DNA from: a virus
Direction: 5' to 3' (one strand)
Virus record (IMG/VR): IMGVR_UViG_3300005512_000241
DNA length: 28,726 nt
Position numbers and translations under genes: made by a program. Positions 1 to 6,945 of this stretch are shown piece by piece. The notes under the pieces were generated by a model, which ran no database searches, was not told the DNA's origin, and saw only the letters and a program-made list of their open reading frames with translations. How positions within the stretch are numbered: the first letter of the stretch is position 1; each line of letters opens with the position of its first letter.

Positions 1-123
1 GGCCAATGGCACCACCATTGCCGAGTTTTGGTTGCCGGAATCCGATCGCCTCGACATGGTTGTGAAATTGCTCGAGAGCGTCAAAAAGAAACCCACCCTC
101 GAGGTCGTAAAAGAAAACCCCAC
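1..123. repeat. Left copy of an exact 123-bp direct repeat shared with the window end (28604..28726). Fits the assembly overlap of a circular or terminally redundant genome.
   Basis: Compared both ends base by base; 1..123 is identical to 28604..28726. Confidence 0.95.
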
Positions 124-142
124 CAACGAGGGCGGGGTTTAG
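2..142 (+). CDS. 3' part of a 61-aa hypothetical protein that starts at 28560 and crosses the genome junction (duplicated by the end overlap).
   Basis: Reading frame from ATG 28560 continues through the repeat to TAG at 140..142. The track ORF 28..225 is in a different frame. Confidence 0.6.
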   Translation, partial: ANGTTIAEFWLPESDRLDMVVKLLESVKKKPTLEVVKENPTNEGGV

Positions 143-151
143 TTTGGGTGT

Positions 152-169
152 CAATACAGGCATGTATTG
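152..169. terminator. Weak AT-rich hairpin between convergent genes; possible bidirectional terminator.
   Basis: CAATACA-ggca-TGTATTG, a 7-bp stem, lying between the stop at 142 (+) and the stop at 179 (-). No U-tract on either strand. Confidence 0.2.
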
Positions 170-178
170 CATGGAGTC

Positions 179-349
179 TCAATTATATTGGTTTCTCATC
201 AAGAAATCAATCAAAGCATCCTTGAGATCGGGTTCACCCCAAAAGAAAATCATCAATAGGGCAAAGCCAACCCAAAATCCGGAAGCCACCACCGGCGCGG
301 AATAGTTTTTGCGTTCTCTTTTTTGTCTCGGTTCATTCATCATCATCAT
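179..349 (-). CDS. Small membrane protein (56 aa), last gene of the leftward early operon.
   Basis: Internal start of track ORF 179..544. Four consecutive ATGs (rc of 338..349) overlap the stop of the upstream gene (GATGATGATGATGAATGA). One hydrophobic segment, VVASGFWVGFALLMIFFWG. Confidence 0.5.
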   Translation of the reverse strand: MMMMNEPRQKRERKNYSAPVVASGFWVGFALLMIFFWGEPDLKDALIDFLMRNQYN

Positions 350-560
350 CCTTTTGAATTGCACCGAGGCCATCGCAATTTTCACAAGTTCCGGTTTCGG
401 TGTCGATATATCCAACATCGCGGTTGAAATTATGGGGGCGAGGAACGTCGAACTCGACCTCGCCGGTTCCGGAGCATTCGGAACATTCTTTCGCCTCGAA
501 CCAAATATCATGGCCAGGGGAAACCCAAATTCCGGTTGCGTCACGTTTCAGGGCAATCAT
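333..560 (-). CDS. Small zinc-finger protein (75 aa) with two DnaJ-type CxxCxGxG repeats and an acidic DDDDE tail.
   Basis: Motifs CSECSGTG and CENCDGLG. RBS AAAGGTGA upstream. ATGA overlap with the upstream gene. Confidence 0.75.
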   Translation of the reverse strand: MIALKRDATGIWVSPGHDIWFEAKECSECSGTGEVEFDVPRPHNFNRDVGYIDTETGTCENCDGLGAIQKDDDDE

Positions 561-766
561 GTCTCACCTTTCATCCATTTAATTTGCGCCAAGAGTTTTT
601 GATTTTCTTTTTGGATTTCCTCAATGAAATGGTTCAACCTGGCAATCTCGTTGCGTTGTTTGTGGGCCTTGGATCGCAGAGCCGCATTTTGACGATTGAG
701 AGAATCCATTTGTTGTTTTGATCTAGCGGCATCATTCACCGCCATTGCGACATCATTGTTCGACAT
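557..766 (-). CDS. Hypothetical coiled-coil protein (69 aa).
   Basis: Track ORF rich in heptad-like Q/K/E/L sequence. Its stop overlaps the downstream start (ATGA), and its own start overlaps upstream gene 753..1130 by 14 nt. Confidence 0.7.
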   Translation of the reverse strand: MSNNDVAMAVNDAARSKQQMDSLNRQNAALRSKAHKQRNEIARLNHFIEEIQKENQKLLAQIKWMKGET

Positions 767-1130
767 ATGGGAAATCCTGGGGTGTTAGTTCGGGCAAATC
801 TTTTGCCGGATCGTTTTCACTGGTCATCGCGCGGAGCCGGAAAAAACCTCGATGTTCTGGGAATGCGTCCATATACCAACGCGCATAAAACGATCGATGG
901 TTGTTGTTGATCTTGAACGTCGATCGACCCTCATCATCCGCCTGGTCGGTTTCCCACCGGATGCGTTCGAATATGGCGTGGGCGGAATAATGGTTGAACC
1001 CTCGAGCGATCATTTCGTGGGTGAATTTGACGAACAACGTCCAAACCTTGGGGTGTTGCCGGTGGAAATCCTTGGCCGCATCCTCGAGTTCATCCTTGCG
1101 GGTTTTTTGTGGGGTGAATAAATCGTTCAT
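753..1130 (-). CDS. Hypothetical early protein (125 aa), function unknown.
   Basis: Track ORF. RBS AGAGG 7 nt upstream. ATGA overlap with the upstream gene. No motif I can name. Confidence 0.75.
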   Translation of the reverse strand: MNDLFTPQKTRKDELEDAAKDFHRQHPKVWTLFVKFTHEMIARGFNHYSAHAIFERIRWETDQADDEGRSTFKINNNHRSFYARWYMDAFPEHRGFFRLRAMTSENDPAKDLPELTPQDFPYVEQ

Positions 1131-1345
1131 GTTCGACCTCTTTCATGGGCCAATCGACCAAGGCGGTTGGCAAGTTTTTCCAGGTGTTCCGATTTCACAT
1201 CCGGTTTGTCTGCAATCGCGGTATATATCGCGTTGCACAGTTGTTCCGATGGCAATGCCGATGCCGCCTCATGCAGCATGAACGCCGGCACAACATGCGG
1301 TTTGATGCGAACCGGCGGCGGTGATTTTTTACGTTGAAAGAACAT
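1127..1345 (-). CDS. Hypothetical early protein (72 aa).
   Basis: Track ORF, coupled to the upstream mini-ORF (TGAtcgATG). Confidence 0.6.
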   Translation of the reverse strand: MFFQRKKSPPPVRIKPHVVPAFMLHEAASALPSEQLCNAIYTAIADKPDVKSEHLEKLANRLGRLAHERGRT

Positions 1346-1348
1346 CGA

Positions 1349-1474
1349 TCACACCAAAACAAAGAGGCCGAAAAAGATCACAACCAGGCAAACGCCGCCG
1401 AGGATGTCACCCCAAATTCCAAGATCGTCATCCATTTGTTGGATCATTTTTTTGAGTTGCTCGAATTTCGTCAT
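1349..1474 (-). CDS. Mini-ORF (41 aa) with a C-terminal transmembrane segment; first gene of the leftward operon.
   Basis: Translated by hand: MTKFEQLKKMIQQMDDDLGIWGDILGGVCLVVIFFGLFVLV. RBS AAGGA about 9 nt upstream. Below the length cut-off of the ORF track. Confidence 0.45.
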   Translation of the reverse strand: MTKFEQLKKMIQQMDDDLGIWGDILGGVCLVVIFFGLFVLV

Positions 1475-1506
1475 TTTATTCAATCCTTATTCAGTTGGTG
1501 AGGCCG

Positions 1507-1535
1507 AGGATATTGGTGAAATATATATTCGTCAA
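1507..1535 (-). promoter_or_regulatory. Candidate sigma70-type leftward early promoter.
   Basis: On the minus strand: TTGACG (rc of 1530..1535), 17 nt, TATCCT (rc of 1507..1512), about 25 nt upstream of the first leftward gene. Confidence 0.45.
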
Positions 1536-1549
1536 TAAGTTTTATTGAC
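1531..1549. promoter_or_regulatory. Perfect palindromic operator candidate, GTCAATAA-N3-TTATTGAC.
   Basis: 8-bp arms, 3-nt spacer. Each arm overlaps one of the two divergent -35 hexamers. Confidence 0.5.
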
Positions 1550-1572
1550 CTCAGAGCAATGTTTGTTATTCT
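1545..1572 (+). promoter_or_regulatory. Candidate sigma70-type rightward early promoter.
   Basis: TTGACC (1545..1550), 16 nt, TATTCT (1567..1572). Followed by GGAG (1587..1590) and ATG 1600. Confidence 0.45.
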
Positions 1573-1599
1573 CGCACCATATTTAGTGGAGTGAGAGCA

Positions 1600-1788
1600 A
1601 TGGCATACAAGAATTTTCTCATCAATATCCGCGAGGATGTGGTAGAGTCTATGAAAAAACTAAAAAAAGACACCAGGGTTCCGATGAACGTTCACTCGGA
1701 ACAGTTTTTGATTGAGGGGTTGCGCAAATACGGCATTCATTTGCCAGATTATCAGCCCATCATTGATGAGGGCAGCGATCCAAAATGA
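1600..1788 (+). CDS. Ribbon-helix-helix (Arc/Mnt-like) putative transcriptional regulator.
   Basis: The pattern beta (FLINIR) - helix (EDVVESMKKLKKD) - helix (NVHSEQFLIEGLRKYG) parallels Arc. GGAG lies 9 nt upstream of ATG 1600; the track start, GTG 1591, is an alternative. Confidence 0.55.
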   Translation: MAYKNFLINIREDVVESMKKLKKDTRVPMNVHSEQFLIEGLRKYGIHLPDYQPIIDEGSDPK

Positions 1789-2204
1789 CAAATCCAAAAA
1801 CCAAAGGGGCGGGTTTCGAAAGAGATGTGGCGAGGGAACTTGAATTGTTACTCGGCATCAAGTTCGATCGGAATCCATTCGAGCAACAACGCCAGGCAAA
1901 TCAACCCGATCTTGTGACCAGGTTGGATTCCTGGCCGTTCTCGATCGAGTGCAAACGATACAAAGGCGGATCGTTTATGCCGGCGTGGTGGAAACAATCA
2001 CAAAGCGCGGCAGAGGCACATGGAAAATTTGCTTGCGTGATTTACAAGTTCGATCGCAAACCAATCAAGGTTGCGGTGGGGTGGGATGCCATCGGCGCGA
2101 TGGCCGGTGTTGAATACAATGAGGATGGGTTGGTTTTCACCAACCTGGAAGGATTCGCGTTCATAGCGCGGGAAATCATGGCATGGGAAAAATATCATGG
2201 CTAA
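1785..2204 (+). CDS. PD-(D/E)xK nuclease, Hjc-like putative Holliday-junction resolvase.
   Basis: Motifs GAGFERDV (E), QPDLV (D) and SIECK (ExK), in the order typical of Hjc-type resolvases. ATGA start overlap. Confidence 0.6.
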   Translation: MTNPKTKGAGFERDVARELELLLGIKFDRNPFEQQRQANQPDLVTRLDSWPFSIECKRYKGGSFMPAWWKQSQSAAEAHGKFACVIYKFDRKPIKVAVGWDAIGAMAGVEYNEDGLVFTNLEGFAFIAREIMAWEKYHG

Positions 2205-3000
2205 CCCTTACATATTGCCAGAGGGCAACACGCTCATCAGCTTTTCCGGCGGTCGAACATCGGCGTTTATGGTTCATAAAATATTAGAGGCAAACGGCAA
2301 CTTGCCGGATCGCGCAAAGGTTATATTTGCAAACACTGGCCGAGAAATGCCGGAAACCTTGGATTTCGTGCAAGAATGTTCCGAGCGTTGGGCCGTTCCG
2401 ATCACTTGGTTGGAATACCGCCGGCACAACAACAAGGTTGCGTTCGAGCAAGTGAACCACAACAGCGCATCACGCAACGGAGAGCCGTTCGAGGCATTGC
2501 TATATAAACCCTATTTACCAAACGCTATTGCACGTTTTTGCACCGAGGAACTAAAAGTCCGGACAATGAAACGTTTTCTGGTCAAATTGGGATGGAAATT
2601 TTGGAACAATACAATCGGCATCCGAGCGGATGAATCTCGACGGATAAAGCCATCGAGGGATAAAAAATGGCAAAATTGGTATCCACTAAACGATGCCGGT
2701 GCAAACTTGGAAACAATTAGCGATTTTTGGAAAAACCAATCCTTTGATTTGCGCGTGATGAAAGGCGCGGGAAATTGTGATGGTTGTTTCTTAAAATCGG
2801 AGGCGACATTGGCGGCAATGTGGCGCGAACATCCAGACCGGATGCAATGGTGGGCCGATGTCGAAAACAAGATTGGCGGGACGTTTCACAAACGCCGCAA
2901 CTATTCTGAACTCGGTGATTTCGTCCAACGCCAAAGCGATTGGATTTTTGAGGATGAGGCATTTTTATGCCAAGCAAATGATGGGGAGTGTACAGCATGA
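2197..3000 (+). CDS. PAPS-reductase-like PP-loop ATP pyrophosphatase family protein with a C-terminal Cys cluster.
   Basis: PP-loop-like SFSGGRTS near the N-terminus. C-terminal cysteines CDGC...C......C. Size (267 aa) fits the family. Confidence 0.65.
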   Translation: MANPYILPEGNTLISFSGGRTSAFMVHKILEANGNLPDRAKVIFANTGREMPETLDFVQECSERWAVPITWLEYRRHNNKVAFEQVNHNSASRNGEPFEALLYKPYLPNAIARFCTEELKVRTMKRFLVKLGWKFWNNTIGIRADESRRIKPSRDKKWQNWYPLNDAGANLETISDFWKNQSFDLRVMKGAGNCDGCFLKSEATLAAMWREHPDRMQWWADVENKIGGTFHKRRNYSELGDFVQRQSDWIFEDEAFLCQANDGECTA

Positions 3001-3680
3001 ATGATCGCGTAATTGAGGAAAGTTTCGTTTATTTCGATCTCGAAACGATTCCGAGTCAATCGCCGCAATACCTCGAGCGGTGCTTGGGCAAGGTGAAACC
3101 ACCGGCATCGATCAAGAAACAAGAGTCGATCGATAAATGGTACGCAGAGAGCGCAGAAACGGCCGCGAGAGAGATGTTCGACAAATCCTCGTTTGATGGT
3201 GGCCGAGGGCATGTTTGCACCATTGCATGGGCAAAAAATGACGGTGAAATAAAATGTTTTCACGCATCGAGCCTCGAGGAAGAAAAACCATTGTTGATGG
3301 CGTTTTTCAACGACCTCGATCCATATCACTCGGAAACCCTGGTCGGTCACAACATCATCGGTTTTGACATCGGGTTCCTACGCAAACGAGCCATCGCACT
3401 TGGTGTCAAGTTGCCTGGGCCAACGACATTGCCGCGCGATCCGAAACCCTGGGACAAAAAGATTCACGACACAATGGTGATGTGGGCCGGATCAGGAAAT
3501 CGCGTTGCTCTCGATGACCTATGCGACATCCTGGGCATCAAAGGCAAAGATGGGTTCGATGGATCGATGGTTGCGGATGCCTGGGCCAATGGCGAACACG
3601 CCAAAATCGCCGAATATTGCCGCGATGATGTGATGCGCGTTCGGGAGATTCACAACCGAATGGTGGCCGTTGGATGGTAA
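2988..3680 (+). CDS. DEDD 3'-5' exonuclease related to the PolB exonuclease domain (RNase H-like fold).
   Basis: ExoI FDLETIP, ExoII VGHNIIGFDIGFL, ExoIII YCRDDV. ATG 2997 overlaps the upstream stop (ATGA), so it may be the true start. Confidence 0.7.
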   Translation: MYSMNDRVIEESFVYFDLETIPSQSPQYLERCLGKVKPPASIKKQESIDKWYAESAETAAREMFDKSSFDGGRGHVCTIAWAKNDGEIKCFHASSLEEEKPLLMAFFNDLDPYHSETLVGHNIIGFDIGFLRKRAIALGVKLPGPTTLPRDPKPWDKKIHDTMVMWAGSGNRVALDDLCDILGIKGKDGFDGSMVADAWANGEHAKIAEYCRDDVMRVREIHNRMVAVGW

Positions 3681-3895
3681 ACACAAATTTCGAGCGTAAA
3701 GTCAGAAACCAAACCCTGGCAATGGGTTCGATTGGGCCAACCATATCGAGAAACGCAACGCCGGATATTTGGGATCATATCATCGAACAAACGATCCAAG
3801 GGCAATATCCATCGATCGCGGATTACCTGGTTGATCTCGCCATCGATGAGGCATTCAAACAAAAAGAAACCTCGGGGCCGAAACCCCGAGGTTAA
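3674..3895 (+). CDS. Hypothetical protein whose C-terminal half looks like a CopG-type ribbon-helix-helix.
   Basis: TISRNAT - PDIWDHIIEQTIQGQ - PSIADYLVDLAIDEAF parallels the CopG strand-helix-helix. Start overlaps the upstream stop. Confidence 0.45.
   Translation: MVNTNFERKVRNQTLAMGSIGPTISRNATPDIWDHIIEQTIQGQYPSIADYLVDLAIDEAFKQKETSGPKPRG
3868..3893 (-). terminator. Intrinsic terminator for the minus-strand SSB transcript.
   Basis: 10-bp perfect stem AACCTCGGGG/CCCCGAGGTT with a 6-nt loop. On the minus strand it is followed by TCTTTTTGTTTG. Confidence 0.6.
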
Positions 3896-3897
3896 GA

Positions 3898-3935
3898 TTG
3901 ACCGGCTCAAGCCGCAAACCGGTCAATTATTTTTC
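3898..3935 (+). terminator. Intrinsic terminator for the rightward early operon.
   Basis: 8-bp stem TTGACCGG/CCGGTCAA (3898..3926, 13-nt loop with an internal CGGC/GCCG option), followed by TTATTTTTC. Confidence 0.5.
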
Positions 3936-3974
3936 GCGCGTTTATGTTTTGCGCGTGGACTATTCTCGCGAACC

Positions 3975-4616
3975 CTAAAAGGGTATCTCATCCTCAAGAT
4001 CATTTGAAGGTGGCGGGGGTGGGGGTGCCTGGAAATTCTCTTTCGTCACCGGAGCGGGGGCGGGGTTCGATGGCATCGGGTCAGGATGAACCGAGAAATT
4101 CATCGATTCTTTCATCCGATTCAAACCCGCCTGGACGCGATCTTTCATTCGCTCGGACAATAATTCAAACGATGCGTTATCCTCGGGCAGCGAATTGATA
4201 TAAAGCAAATCACCGGTCGGAGCCAAAGGTTGTTGACCTCGACCCAATGGCATCATCGAGCCGATGTTTGCATATTTGCCATCCTGGGAATGAACGACCG
4301 AAATTTGCAATGGTTTGCCCAAAACGGTTTTCAGATCGAACCCGCTCAATTCCTCGGCGGTGAATGCACGGCCGCGCCATGCCTCGAGGTCATTGCGCAA
4401 TCGAGCCTTTGAATTGAGTGAAAGCGTATAATTTTGCATCATCAAGAATGGCCGGCCATCCGCCATGTTTTCATCGATCTCGAATGCCAGGTGAATTTGA
4501 TGTTTCATCCCATAAGATGTTTCTTGCATTCCCATGTTCAAAAGGCGGGTGCAAACCGCTCGATAAACCCCAACAGGGGCCAATTCATAATCACCGGATG
4601 TTTCTGCTACTAACAT
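3975..4616 (-). CDS. ssDNA-binding protein candidate (213 aa): DUF669-like N-terminal domain, Pro-rich linker, SSB-type acidic tip ...DLEDEIPF.
   Basis: Start chosen at MLVAETSGDYELAPVGVYRAV, with AAGGA 7 nt upstream. The C-terminus mimics the E. coli SSB tip DFDDDIPF. The longer track ORF (to 4850) lacks an RBS and would overlap the primase gene start. Confidence 0.65.
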   Translation of the reverse strand: MLVAETSGDYELAPVGVYRAVCTRLLNMGMQETSYGMKHQIHLAFEIDENMADGRPFLMMQNYTLSLNSKARLRNDLEAWRGRAFTAEELSGFDLKTVLGKPLQISVVHSQDGKYANIGSMMPLGRGQQPLAPTGDLLYINSLPEDNASFELLSERMKDRVQAGLNRMKESMNFSVHPDPMPSNPAPAPVTKENFQAPPPPPPSNDLEDEIPF

Positions 4617-4668
4617 TTGTATTCCTTTCGTATTCGCACACAATATATGGGAAATATATTGCTCGGCT

Positions 4669-4697
4669 ATATTCGGCCTTGATTTATTTGATGTCAA
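4669..4697 (-). promoter_or_regulatory. Candidate promoter of the SSB gene.
   Basis: Minus strand: TTGACA (rc of 4692..4697), 17 nt, GAATAT (rc of 4669..4674). Confidence 0.35.
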
Positions 4698-4734
4698 GCT
4701 GCAAATTGATCCGCACAAAAACGAGGTGAAAAGC

Positions 4735-6945
4735 ATGGAAAAAAAATTTCTCACAGGTTTTGGCGCGTTCGACACAAAAATCAAAACAGGCGAACAATAC
4801 CAAACCATCGAACTCAAGGATGTCGCGCGGTTATGCAGAACGCCAGGCATCGAGGAAAAGCAAAACGCACAATGGGCGATCTTTTCAACTTATTCCGAAC
4901 ATGATGCCAGGTCGCACGATCGCCAACGTCAGGATGGACATTTTGTCGCACTCGCCGGAGACATCGACACCGGCAACAAATCCAAGGTCGAAATCATCCA
5001 GGCGATCCAGGAAATATGCGGATCGGTTCATTTCCTCATTTATTCGACATCAGGGGCAACGCAAGAAAACCGAAAATGGCGGTTCATTGTTCCGGTCAAG
5101 GCCAACGTTCCAGGCGCAAGATATTCCGAGATTCAACGCGCGTTTTTTGATTTGTTGGGGGATCGTGGGATTGAATGCGATCGAGCCTTAACAAGACCAG
5201 GGCAGCCCGTGTATTTGCCCAATGTCCCACCAGGAAAACGGTCGGTCGCCTCAATCCCACGCTATTATGAACACGACATCATCAAGGGTCAATCAACTTT
5301 CGTTTGGGAAACGTCAGAAATTGCCGAACGCGAATATCAAAACCAAACCGAGGATTTTCGGCGGGAACAAGAGGCTCTCGAGGCCGCGCAGAAACGCCGC
5401 CAGGAGCGCGGAAACGATTTCGAGGATGGCAATGTGGTTGAGGCGTTCAATGAGCGTCACACGGTGGCGGAATTGCTCGATCGTTATCAATACGAACGAC
5501 ACGGCCAATCGGATTCATATCGATCGAGGTATCAATCATCCGGATCATATGCGACCAAGAATTTCGGCGAATATTGGGTGAGCCTATCCGCAAGCGATGC
5601 CAACAATGGCCTCGGTCGAGACAAAGATGGATATTGCGCCGGCGATGCGTTCGATCTCTTTGTTCATTACGAACACAATGGCGATTTCACGAACGCGGTT
5701 CGAGCCTATGGCGAGGAAATAAATCCGGCTCGACCAACGGCCGCACAAGTTTTGAAACCAATCATGGGATCGTGGGAAGGTGAACCATTGCATCGACCCT
5801 CGCCGGTCGAGGAGCATATCAAAACAACCGGCGAGGGGAGCGGCGCAACCGTGGTCGCAGGGAGGGGCGACCAATTCAAGTTGCATCGCATCTTTACCTT
5901 ATCAGATGCGCGACCGGTTTTGCAGTCATCATATTTAATAAAAGGTTGGCTCGGTCGATCTCAGATGTCGGTGATCTATGGGCCATCAAACGTGGGCAAA
6001 TCATTCTTTTGCCTGGATATGGCGTTTAGCGTTGCCGCCAACGTCGAATGGAACGGTTGCCGCGTTCGAGGTGGGCCGGTGCTATACCTCGCAACCGAGG
6101 GTGGCCAGGCGTTCCGAAATCGCGTTTATGCACTCAGACAAACCAAAGGCATCGATGATGCGCCTCTTTACGTTCGACCCTCACCGATCGACCTATTGAG
6201 GGCCGAGGTGGATTTGCCGGCGTTGACACAGTTGATCGAGGAAATCAAAGGACAAAGTGGAGATTTGTCCCTAATCGTCGTTGACACCCTCTCGAGAGCA
6301 ATGGCCGGCGGAAATGAGAATGGGCCAGAGGACATGACCAGGTTCATCGGAAACCTCGATGTTTTGCGTGATCTCACCGGCGCACACATCATGGTCGTGC
6401 ATCATTCCGGAAAAGATACGGCGGCGGGGGCTAGGGGGCATAGTTCACTTAGGGCCGCGTCTGACTCAGAAATTGAACTCGAACTTGCCGATGATGGCAT
6501 CAAACTCGTAAAGACCACCAAGCAACGCGACATGGAACCGAAACCACCATTGGGGTTCAAACTCGGCGTTCTCGAACTCGGTGATGATGAGGATGGCGAT
6601 CCAGTGACCACCGCGTTCATCGAGATCGTTGACGATCAGGATGTCAAAGACGCATCGAGCAGAAAACCGCTCGGCGGCAATCAGAAAAAAATCATCGAGT
6701 GTTTCAACCTCTTGCGGAGCGATGGCATTGGCGGCGGCAATCCAGGCGGAACAGGGTTCCCGATGCCAGGCGCATTTTGGGCCATCGAATATGAAAAAGT
6801 TCTCGATCTATTCAAAGGCAAGGTGGCGGTGGATCGGCCGAAAAAGGTTTTTGACCAGGCAATTTCCGGCCTCGAAAAGAGCGGCGAAATTGTCCTAAAC
6901 GGTGGTTTTTTGTGGATTCCGAAAAAAGCGGGAATGATGCGGTGA
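4735..6945 (+). CDS. Replication protein: N-terminal putative primase domain fused to a C-terminal RepA-like (AAA_25 / RecA-fold) helicase.
   Basis: Walker A GPSNVGKS and Walker B LIVVDT. HHSGKD...GARGHSSL is typical of RepA/AAA_25. The N-terminal part carries GDIDTG (DxD) and a Cys-poor region resembling a primase zinc-binding motif, GDAFDLFVHYEHNGDFTNAV. GAGG lies 8 nt upstream of ATG 4735; the track start, GTG 4726, is an alternative. Confidence 0.75.
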   Translation: MEKKFLTGFGAFDTKIKTGEQYQTIELKDVARLCRTPGIEEKQNAQWAIFSTYSEHDARSHDRQRQDGHFVALAGDIDTGNKSKVEIIQAIQEICGSVHFLIYSTSGATQENRKWRFIVPVKANVPGARYSEIQRAFFDLLGDRGIECDRALTRPGQPVYLPNVPPGKRSVASIPRYYEHDIIKGQSTFVWETSEIAEREYQNQTEDFRREQEALEAAQKRRQERGNDFEDGNVVEAFNERHTVAELLDRYQYERHGQSDSYRSRYQSSGSYATKNFGEYWVSLSASDANNGLGRDKDGYCAGDAFDLFVHYEHNGDFTNAVRAYGEEINPARPTAAQVLKPIMGSWEGEPLHRPSPVEEHIKTTGEGSGATVVAGRGDQFKLHRIFTLSDARPVLQSSYLIKGWLGRSQMSVIYGPSNVGKSFFCLDMAFSVAANVEWNGCRVRGGPVLYLATEGGQAFRNRVYALRQTKGIDDAPLYVRPSPIDLLRAEVDLPALTQLIEEIKGQSGDLSLIVVDTLSRAMAGGNENGPEDMTRFIGNLDVLRDLTGAHIMVVHHSGKDTAAGARGHSSLRAASDSEIELELADDGIKLVKTTKQRDMEPKPPLGFKLGVLELGDDEDGDPVTTAFIEIVDDQDVKDASSRKPLGGNQKKIIECFNLLRSDGIGGGNPGGTGFPMPGAFWAIEYEKVLDLFKGKVAVDRPKKVFDQAISGLEKSGEIVLNGGFLWIPKKAGMMR

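Noticed and set aside
28-225. Track ORF 28..225 (+), 65 aa, at the left end.
   Set aside because: It is in a different frame from the ORF that crosses the genome junction (28560 to 142). Its product is Arg/Gly/His-rich and implausible, and it runs into the convergent minus-strand gene.
4617-4850. N-terminal extension of the SSB ORF (track ORF 3975..4850, 291 aa).
   Set aside because: The extension is Cys/Ser/Phe-rich and does not look protein-like. It has no RBS, spans the divergent promoter region and overlaps the primase start. The internal ATG at 4616 has AAGGA 7 nt upstream and begins the conserved-looking domain.
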